A DNA stretch of 64,000 bases from Rhizophagus irregularis (GCF_026210795.1 NC_089435.1:248001-312000), one strand, 5' to 3'. Shown: positions 1 to 15,228, counted from the stretch's first letter. Notes: a model not told the origin generated them from the sequence alone. Program-made: numbers and translations.

Positions 1-618
1 AGTTTATCACAACAGTTTGATTACATCCATCAAATATGTTTGAAAATAGCACCTGATGGTACAAGTAACGCAAAAACGATACATTTTTTGAAACTCGACA
101 TGAAATAAAGGTTGTACAAATTAGTTTAAATTTAAATTGTTTATTTTTGAAATCTGACATAATTTAGGTATAAAAAAAAAGTTTAAATTTTATAATATCC
201 TATCGTAAATTAATTAGACATATTTGTACATATTAAATGTCATTAATGTCGGATCAATTTATTGACAATTACACAACCACACACTTTTGTACTAGATATA
301 ACAACATACTCTAACGTCTCACGGATTAAACCCCAAATTGAGGCATTTTATTTATTATATTAATTAATTTTTTTTTTTTCTACGCTGATACTACCTACTA
401 TATTACGAACAGAAATACTGTAATAATTTGAACATCCACACATTAATATTATTAATGTAAAATATTCTACTTGGAAAAAAAAATTACTAAAATTAAATTA
501 AAAGTAAATTAAAAATTTAAAAAAAAAAAACTGTACAAAAAAATTTAAAGTTTGTTTTGTAAAATTATATACTGTATATATAAAATAGGGGAAATAAATC
601 TATTATTATTATTATTAT

Positions 619-2360
619 CTAAATATCCATAAATTCTGGATGAGCTTCTAAATCAGGCAATTTCCCCAACATATTTACCCACTCACGTAAAGTACCTTCA
701 TCCAACATGTCATTTGTTCGTTTACAATTTCCTTTAACATCAATATGTTTATTAGTAAAATAATTTACTTCTCCATTATCATCATTTTCGTCAAGTTCCT
801 CATCAAAATAATCTTGTAATGATATTGATGATGATGATTTCTTTTGTTTTAAGCCGGTTAAGTTTGTGGGAACATCTTTTTCTCGTTGCTTATGAGTTGA
901 TGAAAAAGATGAATGTGGCGATGAAAATGATGAATTTGAAGAGCAACTTGATGCATCATTTGATGGTTCAGGTATAATTTTTCGTACAAAAGCACCCGTA
1001 CGCTTAATTGCATCAGTAGCCGCTGGATGAAACAAGAATAATTGAAATACATGTGGCATAGCTCTAAATTATAAAAAAGTAAATAATAATGTTAAAAATA
1101 AATTAACATATGATGATAAAGAATTACTTATGAGATGATGATTACTTACTCATAGACGTTGAGATTAACTTTGGTCGGAGGATAAGATCTTACTCCTGGT
1201 TTATTACATTCAAAAATTTCGGGATGAGTTTTTGCCGCTTTATGAGCCAACAAAATTGATTCGTCTCTTAATCGTTCTCCACTTCCACATGTCTATATAA
1301 AAAAAATATATATTATATTATTATTATTATTATTATTATTAACTGGAAATTATAAGAAAACATCACGATTAAAATATAAAGTACTTACAATAAAAATTTC
1401 ACCCAACCCTCCCAAATCATCAGAAAGAATTGGGGAAACATAAGGAATGGATAAAGCAGAATTATATGCATAATATTGAACTCTTTCTAATCTTTGTTGA
1501 ATATTTTTATAATCCTTTATTGGATTAGCAGGAGAAGCTTTATGTACAAAACCATTTGGTATATAATCAGTTGGACCATTTGAAAATATAGAAGGTAAAG
1601 AATGATAAAGATCAACCCAAGGAGACCAACAAGCAGCACCAGCAGGTTGAGGTAGACCTGCATCCCTTAAAACGAGCATTAAAGATAAAGCCAAACCACC
1701 ACCAGCAGAATCACCCATGATAACAATTTGTTTTGGATTTATAGGATCGAAACCAGCATCAGCAGGAGGTTGTATTAAATAAAGATAAGCAGCCAAAGAA
1801 TCAACAACAGCAGCAGGAAAAGGGGATTGAGGGGCTAATCTATAATCAATACTAAAAGCTCTAGCGGCACTAGCTTTAGCAACTTTTTGTATTAAAAATC
1901 TATGTTGAGCGGCACTACCCATAAAATAAGCACCACCATGTATATATAAAATTACTCTATCAGCGGAAGTTAATTTCTTTCTATTCTTTGCCTCAACCCA
2001 TTCACCTTTAAGAGGGGATTGTTTCATAGGATCTTCTTTCCATCTCCAACCAACTTTTTCTTCTTGACCACTTAATAAACCAGCCATAATATCTTCAGCT
2101 TGAGAACGACAAGTTTCAGGTACAATAGTTTTTTTAACAGATACAGAAGGAGAAGAAGGTATATGAGCTTTTCCAAGAAATTTTTGATGTTTTTCGATCG
2201 TTTTATGTTTACCCCTTTGAAGAAATGAACGAAGCATTGTAACACCTAAATGTAATTTTAAATCCCAATTTGAATCAGGAATATCATTTTTAAAATGTTT
2301 ATATACAGTACTGAGAAACTTTGGTGTTAAAGCAGCAATATCTTTAGGATCCACCGCCAT
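619..2360 (-). CDS. Alpha/beta hydrolase, GDXG (hormone-sensitive-lipase-like) esterase; 3 exons: 2360-1389, 1292-1150, 1063-619
   Basis: Motifs YIHGGAY (oxyanion), GDSAGG (catalytic Ser) and MPHVFQ (catalytic His). Two GTAAGT..TAG introns join the two ORF-track pieces in frame through TCGSGERLRDE. Confidence 0.92.
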
Positions 2361-5300
2361 TTTTTAATTATCAGAAAATAGGACGAAGAATGGTATATAT
2401 AATAAAAAAGAAAAAAGAAGAAGCAATAACTACCAATACATTCAATTATTATTTATAAATTTTTTTTTTGTTTTATAAAATAAATAATAAAAAAAATAAA
2501 TATAAGAAGAAGAAGAAAAAAAAAAAAAAAAAAGACGAAAAAATTATATATATATATATATAATTTTTTTTTTTTTTTTTTTAAAAAAGTATAAAAAAAA
2601 AAGAGAAACAAATGGGGATGAAATATAATTAAAAAAAACGGGACAGTATATATATATAGGAAAAAAACAAATGAAAAAGGAAGTCACACAAATGTAAAGA
2701 TGTTTCAAAACGTGCAACTCATGCGATCTGGTATACTTGCCAAAAACATAATATAAAATTTTAAATTAAAATAATAATATACAGTGATACTCTTGAAGAC
2801 ACAATAAGGGAAATGATATTCATTAATGTTTTTATTTTATTACAGTAAAATGTAGAAGTAATGTAAAAGTAATGTAAGGCTAATATTTCATTTTCAAAAA
2901 AAGAAAACTTTCAAATATTTTAAAATTATTGGAGGAATTAAGATTTAAGATGATTAAAAAGATTTAAGATGAGGAGATAATAGAATATTCGAAAAAAAAA
3001 TCCAATATTTAATATTTCTGCAAGTTCTGTAACTGAAACATAAGATGAAAAAGTAATAAAAAAAAAGCGGAGACAAGGGTAAGTTAAGACTCCTGCTTAG
3101 CCTGATATCTAATATCAAAGAAGGCTTAGTAAATTCCATATTTGCATTCATTCCGAATTTATCGAAAATCATTAAGAAAATTAGGTAATGATTTTTGGTT
3201 TATTTACTTTATAAGTGATTGTAAAGAGTAATTATTCGTGGCGTTAATGTAAAATGTGTCTTTATTCTCTTTATCTCCTTAATGTTTGAAAATTTTCTTC
3301 TTATAAACATTTTCATCAAACAAAAAATAATTGTTAATAAAACAGGTAATTTTTTATTTTATCTTTTTTTTTAAGGGAATAAAAAAGACCGTGAAAATGT
3401 AACATAAACATATTAAAATCACCTTCTTTTTCTATGATAGACTTCTGAAGATCATTTACTATTATTATAATCGTTGATCTCTTAATATGGAAATAGTAAA
3501 AATATCAACACTTAAATGTTTATATTTTGGCGGGTTTTATTGAGGTTGATCCAAATTTCCCGCCAACGTTAGAACGTTGATCATAATATAAAAAATAAGC
3601 AGTACATTAAAAAAATTTAGTCGATTTTTTTTTTAATAAGGACTAAATTAGAAAGTAAAAGACAATGGAACTTTTCATCATCATTCATTTTCAATAAACT
3701 CTTTTTAGTGACTTGTATTATATCATGCATTCACTTATGAAAAAAAAAGAAATTCTTTAAACCGATTATACAATCTATAACGAAAATAGAAGAAATAATA
3801 ATCTTTTTTATTTTGACCATCTCATCTCTTTTCTAAAAAACTTTAATCTTAAAAAAACAATATATCTTTTTTTGATTTTTTTTTTTTTGTACAACTGTTA
3901 CTGTTACATATGAACCACATTACCTACATATTGAACTTTTTATGGTCTTTTTATTAATATCTATATAGTTATTAATATAATATATGTAATACATATACAT
4001 ATACTACTACTATACGTATATATTATATATTATATATATTAATTATATACACATTAATAATTTATTTATTTTGATTTTTATTTATTTGATCACATTTCAA
4101 TAAATCAATCACAAATTACATCATATCAAATGCTCCACGCATATGAATTCCCAAATGGACTTTTATTCTCTATTATGGTAAAATGCATAATTATTATTAA
4201 TTGAATTACACGACATATTATTACTATTAGTACGAAAGAGAATTACAATGATGTTGTAAATTCTTTCTTTGCCCTGTACCCCAATACTCCACATCAAAAT
4301 ATTTATTCCTCCACAACAAAATAAAAAAAAATAAAAAAATAAAAAAAAATAAAATAATAATAAATAATTCCACAATTTTTTTGTAATAACAATAATTTTC
4401 CTTACTTTCTAAAAATTTAATTGTTTCAGATTTTTTAGTCTCTCGGAATTTTATTTAAGTTTGATATACAAAAAACGTGTAATTCGGGGTTGACAGTTCG
4501 AAAAAATTTTAATTTGGAAAATCCCGATGTTTATCCTAATTAGCTTTGGCCTCCCGACAACAGTTCAATGGTAAATATTTATTACTACGCCGATATTCGG
4601 CCGTTATGAATTATGATGACCATGCCATACATAATCTGTTAGTGTTACATTTCTAAAATTATTTACTTAATATGGATAGAAAAATTTCACTATTTATAAT
4701 TAATAATTAAAAAAAAAATGTCTCTCAATATTTTAATAAAGTGGATTTCCTCCTCCCTCTCCTTATAAGTTATAAATATATCTATATTAATAATTTATTT
4801 AATTTATTGTTGTTTCCAGATCCTCTCCTTAAAAAATAACTTTAAACTTTAAAAAAAAAAAACTGGTATTGATGTTAAACAGAAAATCTTCTGTATAACC
4901 ACCACGCATCCTATGGTCAAAGTTCGATGATCTCATGTTAATATCGAGTGATTAATTGTATTTAAAAAAATCATGCCATTTTAAATGTACATTCAATTGA
5001 TCTTAGCATTACTGGTTAAATCCTGTCAATATTATTAATAAATTCCACAAAATTTCTTCTTTCTTATAAATTAATGTCACATATGTCTTATCATTTCCAT
5101 TTATTCTCATTTCCACATGTTTAAAATTTAAATCTACGGGAATCCAAGTATTCAGATCATTACTGCTATTAAACAATCTCGGATAGATTCGGGAGAAATG
5201 GAACGTTTCATGAAAAAATAATGTTCATAAATATGAACATTTATGGAAAGAAGATATGAACATTTGTGAAAGAAGAATATTCATAAATATTAACATTTAT

Positions 5301-6143
5301 GAAAAAGAATGTTCATAAACTTGAACATTTATGTTCATAAACATGAACAAAAAATCCGCATTATCATCATCTTCTTTCTCTCCATTTTAATCGTGATTAC
5401 CTGTACACTTCTTTTATCGTTATGGTATATTGACTGCCGAAATCATCAATCATTCATGTATTAGTAATTAATTAATCTGCTTATTGTAAATCACTAATAT
5501 TCTTTTCAACTTATGTAAGTGAATATCCGAATTTCCAATACAGTTGTCGTTTATTAAGTGTGAGGTATTTAGAAAGCCAATTATTACTTTTAAGCGTTAT
5601 GCATCATTTAGAAAAATCCCGTTATGAGATGTACTTATTAGGCGTTTATGCATCTATATTTTTGCATAATAAATGATATTCTCTATTTGATGTGTTTGAG
5701 CGTCTAACGTATATACTGAAGCATAAGTTATCAGTTTCTAAATAAAAAAAAAAGTTACAGAGAAGAAAACAATTTAGTTTCTTTCATACAATAGTTCGTA
5801 ACATAAATTTTAGCTTATAGAGTTTTCCCCTTTTTTAAATAAAGATCAGAAAATGTACACAATCATTGGATAATGGTAATAAATTTATAAAGTTATATGA
5901 CTTATATCATGGTAAATTAACAAAAAATTAATTAAAATTTTTTTTTAATATCACGTTTTAACAGTGACGTTAACGCTATCACGTGAAAGTTCATAACTCC
6001 TAAACTCGGGCCAGACGCTTGTGTAACATTCACGAAAAAATTTCTGCGTGACCATCTGATCGGTGATATGAAGTATAATTATATTCATAATTCATGTTCA
6101 TTATGTCTACGCGTACTTTGCGTTGTTCCGTTATTCGTGTTTT

Positions 6144-6256
6144 AAAAATTAATTACGAACTTATTTTACCAGAAAAACTATGCGACTAACTAACTATGCA
6201 TATTTTGAACGCGTGAACCCTTTGAACCCCTTTAAATAAGTTCGTAATTAATTTTT
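6144..6256. mobile_element. Small foldback or MITE-like element
   Basis: Perfect 23-bp inverted repeat: aaaaattaattacgaacttattt (6144-6166) and aaataagttcgtaattaattttt (6234-6256). No TSD identified. Confidence 0.5.
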
Positions 6257-7054
6257 CTTTCCTGATTAAACTATTCATTTTCCTTCTTGTGTAAGTATTA
6301 TGAAAGTATGATTATTTGATAAAAAGAAAAAAATGTTTAACAAGAAAAGAAGTGAATTACCTACACGTTTATATAACAAAAATTTGTGGGAATTTGGTAA
6401 AAAAAAATTAATTAGAAATTCAAAAGGTAATATTTCATTTTTCCTAGAGTCATATATAATTTTTTTTTCGTTATAATTTAACGTTAATGCCTGATGTCAA
6501 AAAACAAAAAAGTAGGTAAAAATTCGCGACAGTTATGCTAGTAAAGTAGTATGGTACGATATGATATAATAAGTGGTATTATTAATTATGTACGAGTACG
6601 ATGGTACGATGGGTACGATGGTACGATGAGTACGATGCCAATTGTACCGAAATATCCATAGGAATTACAATATCACATGAATAACCTTTAGGTATGATTA
6701 ATCACATTACAGTTGTATTATAGACAAAATGAATACTAATTTTATTTAAAAATTTCCTTTAACTTTTAATGGTAAGTTTTAAAATTAAAAAAAATATTAT
6801 AGGCATATATTTTATTAGGCGTACCTGTAAATTTATTATTGTATATATATATACATCCAAGAGCATACCGTAACCAAAAAAATAACCTAACTGAAAGCGT
6901 AAAAAGTTCAAATAATCTATATATATGGGGAAAACCATACCGATATATTATGGTGTAGATTTTATCGTTTTAATAATCAAAATTAGGTATGATATATTTT
7001 ACCATTATGTTGCTGGTTGGAATAATCTATACTAGTAATCTAAAAGGGTTACCC

Positions 7055-7480
7055 TAATGGGATTTTCCTGAATATACCTGAATCTTATTTCTTGAAGTCC
7101 ACTTTCCAAATTCCGAATTCAAATATCCCAAATGGACATTTTTCTGAATTTCCGCTTGAAGAAATTAATGTTTTGCAAATTAATTCTATTGCAGAATTAC
7201 TTATTGCTGAAATTATTTGCTTTCATTTTGAAGAATTCGCGTCAGAAGAATCCGAACTTGCGATTTTTTTATTTTCTTGATTAGGAATAATGTTCCATTT
7301 TATAAAAGGATCCGGCATAAAAGAATTCAGGAAATCGGATGGTTCATTTGATTCAGGAGATTGGAATTCGGAAAATAGGTATTGAAGTTTCGGGAATTAT
7401 CCAGTTCGGGAAATGGTCATTCAGGAAATTGACTTCAGGAAATATTTGGGAAAATGCCATTTGGGAAAGTGTCCGACAAG
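7055..7480. repeat. Degenerate non-autonomous DNA-transposon remnant with inverted subterminal motifs
   Basis: Multiple ttcc(t/c)gaa motifs on the left and ttc(a/g)ggaa motifs on the right; boundaries approximate. Confidence 0.4.
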
Positions 7481-8109
7481 GATCTAAGAGATAAATAACA
7501 AAGATTAAATAATTTCTTTATATCTTTTAATATACTACTGTAGCAAAAAAAAAGAGGATTCCATAAAGAGAAAAGAAAATATTTGGTAAGAGAAAAATTT
7601 ATAAACTTTATAGAATTATGAATAAATATTTTAGAGTTAATATTAACAAGAAATTTATTCAAATCACCGCAGATGATATAAGATATGAATTGCGTGGGAT
7701 AAGAGTTAGGAGAGAGTGATGTTTACATGACAAATTGACACCGCATCGCGTCATTCAAAAAAATTGTTCAGAGGACAGAATACCATACATATTATAATTA
7801 TGGCTATATTCCATATCCTTGAACATCATTTATTCTTGTTAAAATATAATTTATTCTTACTATAATAATTTCTTAAATAAAAATAGAGTTTAAAAAAGGA
7901 CAAGTGAATACTTTTATAAAAAAAATAGTGACAATAATAAAATAATGTAATAATTATAATATAATTATCCATTCAAAATCACTCTTTAAAAAACTAAAAG
8001 ATTTTGGATCGAAAATTAAATGAAGCATATAAGAATCGAATCATTACCAATATCATATGCATATAGTGCAATATCATTTCATTAGCATACCACATTTTAC
8101 TTTGATTGT

Positions 8110-8420
8110 TTCTGATTATTTGATGTAATTTATCCTGAAGTATTTGAATCTTCAGGGATAGTACCGTTTGGAGAAATTATAATAATTGATCCTGTATCGT
8201 AAGCAGTATTATCTGAATATTCTTGGAAAGTAAGTTGAAAATTGTTGTTTGAATGGTATTTTATTGATAGATAACAGGTTTAGGAATGGATATTATTATT
8301 CAGGAATTGTGCGATTTCTGTCGGTATACGTACTGTACATGGTAGATACGTGTATAATTTGGTATAGAAAGATAGTTATTATTCTTATTATTCTGAAGCG
8401 CAGGAATAATAGTATTATTA
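8110..8420 (-). pseudogene. Antisense relic of the Gln-rich repeat gene family
   Basis: Reverse complement contains decayed versions of CCTGCGCTTCAGAAT, ACACGTATCTACCATGT and CAAGAATATTCAGATAAT, all found in the 9369 gene. Confidence 0.65.
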
Positions 8421-9368
8421 ATATATAAATTAGATACTTTTTTTTTTTTTTGTAAATCATATAAGATTAATTATATTTTATAATTCAATATTTCAATTGA
8501 ATATATTTTTATATGATGTTTTTTTTTGTAAACTGTGTTTGTATTGTGTTTGACTTTTTTTTGTGTTTGTTTGTGTATGACCTTTTTTTTTGTAAATTGT
8601 GTTTGTATTGTGTTTTTTTAAAAAACCTTTTTTAATTTTTTTTTGTAAATTTTACTTATATAGTTATTTCGGTGAACGAATAATATTTTACCGTTCAGCG
8701 CCAGTTCATGATCATCATTTGAGATACTAAATTGATGTGGTATGAAAGGTGGATTTAATCTCCTGATGCTTAAAGAATGAAGGGGTGACCTAGCCAAATT
8801 AAATATTAAACATAATGTCCGTGTAAATCGTTGACTACATTCAACGAAACTGACCACACTAAAAACGTCAAATGTTGCATCTTGAAACTTAAAATCGTTT
8901 GCATTAAAATCAATTTTCGATATTAGCTGAATCGATTCCAGTTCTCAATATGATAGATATTCAATAAGAAAATCCTGCATAAATTCTTCAACACGATGAT
9001 TCTATCCGAATTATATCAATAACTAATCATTGAACTAGAGTTAGACGCGATCTACAGTGTAACAACCTCAGTTCAAAAGAAACAGAATGACACAACATGT
9101 GTGACTGACTCCACGATCATGTGAATTTTTGAATGAGCTATTTTTTTTTTTTTTTTGATTGTTTTTTCTTGTATACGTTGTCACTGCAGTCTGCAGTGAA
9201 ACTTGTGTGGTAATATGGTAATTTTACTTGGGACCGGGTACTAACTCAAACTAAAGGAGAAGAAAAACCAAAACATATAAATACATGGTTATTATTTTAA
9301 AAAAAATTTCAAATTTTTCATCGATACAATATAAAATATAAACCAACAATTTAAAAATTATTAAAAAC

Positions 9369-9926
9369 ATGGATTATTCTAATTTACCAATGGATCAAAC
9401 TGGAAATAGCTTCATTAATAATACTAATACGATTGCTCCTGCGCCTCAAAATATTACATATGAATTTTATTTTCCTTTACCAAATAATACGCGTATTTAT
9501 CATGTTACTTATACCGAATTAAATTTAACAGAAGTCGCGCAACTCTTAAATAATAGAATTGATTTATCTCACGTTCCTGATCATCGGTTTCCATATCATC
9601 ATAATGTACAACATTCAATTCGGCAAGAAATTGTTCAACAATCTGCCGGTTATCAACAAAACTACATCCCACAACAATCTTTCGATATTCAACCTAATTT
9701 CCAAGAATATTCAGATAATAATGCTTACGATGTATCCTCAATTCCTCTTATTCAACAACCTGTTGATTATCAACAAGACGTCATTCCACAACAATCTTTC
9801 GATACTATGGATATTCAACCCACTTTCCAAGAATATTTAAATAATAATGCTAACGATGCATCTTCGGTTCCTCCAAACAGTTCTGAAGATGGATACAATG
9901 GAGTTCAATTACATCAAAATAATTAA
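9369..9926 (+). CDS. Gln/Asn-rich repeat protein of unknown function, copy 1 (185 aa, uninterrupted)
   Basis: Open ORF starting MDYSNL, with the conserved block EFYFPLPNNTRIYHVTYTELN and QQPVDYQQD/QQSFD repeats. Three other paralogs in the window; TATA-like tataaata upstream. Confidence 0.7.
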   Translation: MDYSNLPMDQTGNSFINNTNTIAPAPQNITYEFYFPLPNNTRIYHVTYTELNLTEVAQLLNNRIDLSHVPDHRFPYHHNVQHSIRQEIVQQSAGYQQNYIPQQSFDIQPNFQEYSDNNAYDVSSIPLIQQPVDYQQDVIPQQSFDTMDIQPTFQEYLNNNANDASSVPPNSSEDGYNGVQLHQNN

Positions 9927-10151
9927 GGCTAAACCCAAATTATAATTTAAGATAAAACTGTAGTATTAAGTATGTCATTATATGCTGTAAGAAATATAAT
10001 AATACTTATGTTATAATTTATAAATTAATTAATATAATTTCAAATATTTTTATGTTTAACTTAAATAAGCTTCTTAGTTTTTTAAGAATGAGTTTGATAG
10101 AATTGCATATTTGATATTATAATTATGTTATTATTATTATTATATCAGTCC

Positions 10152-10779
10152 AGCATAGCGGACATCCCTATTTTATCACAATACTGATTATTTGTTGATC
10201 ATTTGCCGATCATTTATTCAATTATATCACATAATATAAATACCGTTGCTAAAAAAATTTACATAATAATATATGCTCAAATTACACAAATAATTTAAAT
10301 TTGGTTTTAATTTATTGCATATTAAATTTCATTAGAAACTTTTTAGCTTTTATTATTATTTGGCATATATTTATTCATTTTACGAAATTATTCACTAAAT
10401 ATATTACTAATAAAAAACCTGCATTATGAATCAGATCACTGCATTATTTTTTTTATAGATTCTACATAATATAAGGAATATTTGTGCAAAGTTTTGAGTT
10501 TCGCCCATGCATATTCATCTCCGCCCATCAAATTTTGTCTGATGATCGGTAAAAACTTATGAATTATCATATATGAATAATGTGTTATAAAAATATTAAA
10601 AAATTATGCTAACAATTATATAATTAAAATTATATGATGATTCAATGCTTAGCTTAGATTTCCATAATTTTTTGCCACATTATTTTGAAAATTTTGTGGC
10701 TTTTGCAATAAATTTTAAAATCTGGAATTATGTGATCGGCAAATGATCGGCAAGGTGATATAAGCATGTCCGCCATGCT
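10152..10779. mobile_element. Mutator-like MITE (628 bp)
   Basis: TIRs agcatagcggacat and atgtccgccatgct (13/14 match); 9-bp TSD tatcagtcc at 10143-10151 and 10780-10788. Confidence 0.85.
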
Positions 10780-10949
10780 TATCAGTCCTCTATTTTTATC
10801 ACATTTCCAATATTATCCGGTAATCTGGTATTTTTTTTTTCATTCAAACATACCAGACTACACCATTTTTTAAGAATAATTTATGAAATTAAACGAAACA
10901 TCTATTTATTACCTTTAATTTTCATTTTTGATTTTTGATATTTAAATTA

Positions 10950-13090
10950 ACTTTAAGGGCATAGGGAATAATTGGGTATGATGGAAACTTATAAGCTTAA
11001 CATAATTATGTAAGTTTAGATTAAAAGAATTTTCGGTGGATATATACCGTAAATGTGGTTCTCGTCATATTTCTGGATTATTATTATTATTTCTTTTTTA
11101 CAAAAATAAGTGCTTTCTTCTTTAAATTCCATATCTAAGTTACTTTAGATTTAATGTATTCAATAAAGTGGAGAATTACAAGAATTACATTAAATTTCCT
11201 TTTATTATGCAAATGATGATAGGTAAAATCACAAGAAATTATTAAAATTAAACAAGATTTTATTAAGATTGAATATATAAATCCTTTTAGGTCACTTTAT
11301 TTCGATAATATATATTAAAAACTTCTAATAATGGAATTCATGGTCAATTTATACAGGATATCTATATACTGTAAATCCTATAAAAGTAGGGTTGAATTTT
11401 AAGGATATTTCTGATTTTAAACACATTTATTTCAAGCAATAAGATTGGAACGGGAGGTGGAATATCTCTTTACAGTTGTTAATTATAAGAAAATACCATG
11501 AGCCAATAAAAATAAAAGAATGTTTACTTATAGTATCTGACGTAAATCGTCATATGAGGGTTAATTTAATAAATGATTCATAATATACATCATTTTTATA
11601 GTGTAGAAAGTTTTAAACGACTTAATTCACTTTATTACTTTAATCCTCTAAATTTACTTTATTTGTTGAAGAAAATATATTTATAAACAATCGAGAAAAA
11701 TAACAAATTGAGATCTCGTAATATAAATTAAGGATTTATTCTCCCAAAGTTACATGAAGTCACGATAGCTCAAATTTACGATGCTTTTTCCGATGTAATC
11801 TATTGTGGTTGTAACAAACGAATTGAAATTGGAATTTCAGCAGTTGGTTTGGATGCTCCATCAAGTCTTTTTCAATTATTCAAGTGTTAATCTGATAATG
11901 ATTTTTTTTGCCATGAATTTGAATTTTTTTTAAAAAAAAAATCTTGATTCACGTGATAATCCGGCATCCGACATACCGGACCGGATGTCGGGTTCAAAAA
12001 TTTACCTTGTCCCGAATATAGTTTACTGTAATGTGGGCCAATTTTTCGGGATTAGTAATATAAAAAAAACACAATACCCTTCGACGATGACACAACATGA
12101 AATAATTCAAACCTAGAAAATTTTTAAAATAGAGATTTAGTATTCTTATATAATATATATAAGTTATGTTACGATGTCACACGCATTTATAGATTTTATA
12201 TATTTAATTTTTTTAAATGTATATATTGTAGATAGTTTATTGATTAAATGAATAGTTTTATTATTTATGTTTATATTGGGTAATTGACATACATATACCC
12301 TATAAAAATGAAATGTGTTAAATTTGTGTTCATGTGTAAAAAACGTCCAAAAAACACCATTTTGTCCGATTTATGTCTTATTACAAAAAAAATTAAACAA
12401 AATGGTGCTTTTTTAGATATTTTATTACACATGAGCACAATATTAAACAAATTTAACTCATTTCGTTTTTATAGGGATATAGTTTATTTATTTTTGGTAT
12501 TTAGTTTGGGTAATAAAGTGGGACGAAATGTGACAATTTGGCCGATCTACAACTTGGCCGGAAGACAATTCGTATTTCGGACAAATTGGCCAAAGGACAA
12601 GTTGGTCTTTGGACAAATTATGCTGAATTCTGGAAAGTATATAAAGGATAGCAGGATTTTTGTCTATTTTCCGAGTAATTTAGCATTGACATTTGTAAAA
12701 GAAGGATCTTCCGAATATTACAGAGCGCCGAGGGAGGCAGTAATAATATTGTTAGAATCCCAAAGATTGTTAATAAAACCCTACCGATTGTTTTCCGATA
12801 TCCTGAATACTTTGTTTGTTTTTTTTATTATATATATATTTGTTGCCAATTCCTTACCGAACGTTATAAATCCATTATTTATTTTCCGTTACTACCTCCC
12901 AATCTACACAAATTCGGTAGCAACAGTTACATCAAGTTCAGTATAAGCAGGTTATGAGTCAAATTCTAACGATCCAACAAACTATAAAGTCTAATAAACA
13001 TGATTGATGAAAATACTTTATCTTGAAACTCATCTTCAATATCTACGCAATGTATTAGCACGAATGTTGGAAAATTTGCTTGCAGTATTT
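10950..13090 (-). pseudogene. Decayed multi-exon gene of unknown family, copy A (convergent with the Gln-rich gene)
   Basis: Colinear similarity to 26170-27800, 42090-44600 and 58260-59620; residual GT/AG splice sites on the minus strand; many stops and indels; internal insertions. Confidence 0.5.
12298..12476. mobile_element. CCC...GGG-terminated MITE with 3-bp TSD (CACTA/CMC-like)
   Basis: TIRs ccctataaaaa and tttttataggg; flanked by ata on both sides. Confidence 0.75.
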
Positions 13091-13559
13091 AGAAAAAGTT
13101 GTTTAAGCAAATACTATGAAAATAATTATTTATTGTTCCACTTCGAATGACGTCATCTAATGATCTCTTGAGTTCTTCAAGATTTTTCTGATGTTTTCCT
13201 CCTAAATATTTAGTGATTAAGTTTTTTATTATTTAACATAACAAAATTATATTAATTTCAATTTCAAAAAACAGTAACATTAATAAAATCATGTTTAATA
13301 AAATGTAATCAAAAGTTTAATACTTGATATTAATAACTATTACATATAAAAAAAAATGAAAATATTTGATGAATTTCACTGTTAAAATCATCTTAATTAA
13401 AAATTAAAAAAAAATTTTAAAATGTATGCTAATAAAATAATGTAAAATTATAATGTAATTATCCATCCAAAAATCACCCTTTAAAAAATAAAAGTTTTGG
13501 ATCGTAAATTAAATGAAGCATAACAACATCAAATGTAATAGTATCATTAGCTTGCCGCA

Positions 13560-13830
13560 TTTTACTTGTAATTTATCCTGAGTATCCGAATCTTCAGGGA
13601 TAGCACTGTTTAGAGAAATTGTAATAATTGAGCCTGTTATTATCTGAATATTCTTTGAAAGCGTAGATTGAATATTCATATTACCGATTGTTATTGAATG
13701 ATATTTTGTTGATAGTTAACAGGTTTAGGAATGTATTCAGGAATTGTGCGAATTTTGTTGAATTTAATTCGGTATACGCATGAACAACGGTACACGGTGT
13801 AATGCCAAAATTATCTAGTGAATTTATTAA
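13560..13830 (-). pseudogene. Antisense relic of the Gln-rich repeat gene family
   Basis: Translated VVHAYTELNSTKFAQFLN matches the family block YHVTYTELNSTEIAQLLN. Confidence 0.65.
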
Positions 13831-14394
13831 AAGTGTATAAAATTTTAAAGTATTTTTATTTACTGCGATCCGGAATGACAAACATGTTCGATGAGAAATA
13901 TATTTTTGGGAATTATTTTGTTATTGGAGGTAACGTCTGTAATCGACGTAAAACTATTCTTATGTAAATATCTTGTGTATTATTTTATTTTATGTATGTT
14001 ATTTTAATTTGGTTATAATTTTGGGCAATGATATTTTATTGGTTCTTATAATGGGTTATCTAGATTAAGTCCTCGAAGGCATAAGGAAATATTATAAATT
14101 GAGAGCGAATTCCTTTCAGTTAGAAATTATCAAAAACACACCCATGTAATTCCACATATACTGTAATTTTCTTATTTGATTCTTTTTGCCTTTTTCTTAT
14201 AATGAAAAAGTGCCTCATTAATTTATTTTAATTAATGATTTTTTAGAAATAATAATGAAGGGAAAGAGAAATTACATTGTTAGTTTAGAATTTAAGAAAT
14301 TACCTTTTATATCTTGTTAGAATTAGTTTATTATAGTGTAACTCGGGATATATATTAATATTTTATTATTATTATAAATAAATAAGAAAGGATC

Positions 14395-15228
14395 AAAAGA
14401 GGAGTATGCGGAATAACCAATAGTAAATGCCCCCGATGCTCGATAGAAGATGAGACATGGGAACATATTTGGACATGTGTTTCAAATAATGCTATGACAG
14501 AAATGAACATTTTTAATAATAGTATTAATCAAATTTTATTGGATAATCAAGACATGTTGGACAAAGATATACCATGTAAAGAATTTACAAACACATTGTT
14601 AAGTATAGCTTCAAGTCGCTCTTTTATAATGACAACTGAAGGTATAATTAGAGAAGTAACAAGAGGTTTAATCAATGAGAAATGGTTAACTACTTATAAA
14701 AAAAATAAAGAACGAAAACTCGTTTTATTGATTCTTAACGAGTATTTAAGTGAGGTTCATAAACAGATTTGGATAGAGCGCTGCAATGAGACAATTGAAT
14801 TGGAGAAACAAATGGGTGTTTTCAAAGATACTAAACGAAAAAGGAACAAAAGTAATGACGATGGAAAACTACTAGATTTGGAGAAATCAGAAAATACTAA
14901 AAACAGTAAAAAAATTAAAAAATTAGTAAAAATAGACTTAGAAGAACAAACAAAAAATGACGTATTTAGATTAGGAGATCATAATAGATTTAAAATAGCT
15001 AGTCAAGTAATTAGTAATTTAGTAAATACTTAGTTTATGAGAATATATCGTGAATAGCACGCTGGTTACGATAGTTTACACTTTAGAAATTATTCTAAAG
15101 TTTTTATATGGAGAGGTGTAGTTAGAAATAACTAGCTTCAATGTATTTTTTTTGTATTTACTAGTCAATAGAATGCGTTTTAATTTACTAATAAAATGAA
15201 TAAAATACGTTTATAAAAAAAAAAAAAA
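14395..15228 (+). mobile_element. 5'-truncated non-LTR retrotransposon (LINE) 3' end
   Basis: Encodes a CPRCSIEDETWEHIWTC zinc knuckle and ORF2 C-terminus to 15033, then a 3'UTR and poly(A). About 15-bp TSD aaataagaaaggatc at 14380-14394 and 15229-15243. Confidence 0.9.

Noticed and set aside
5170..6650. Short motif clusters (atgaacattt at 5200-5350; gtacgatg at 6550-6640)
   Set aside because: Probably subterminal repeats of decayed DNA transposons, but no termini or TSD could be defined.
12284..12946. 220-aa ORF
   Set aside because: Spans a MITE and other repeat fragments, has a non-ATG start and shows no recognisable motif.
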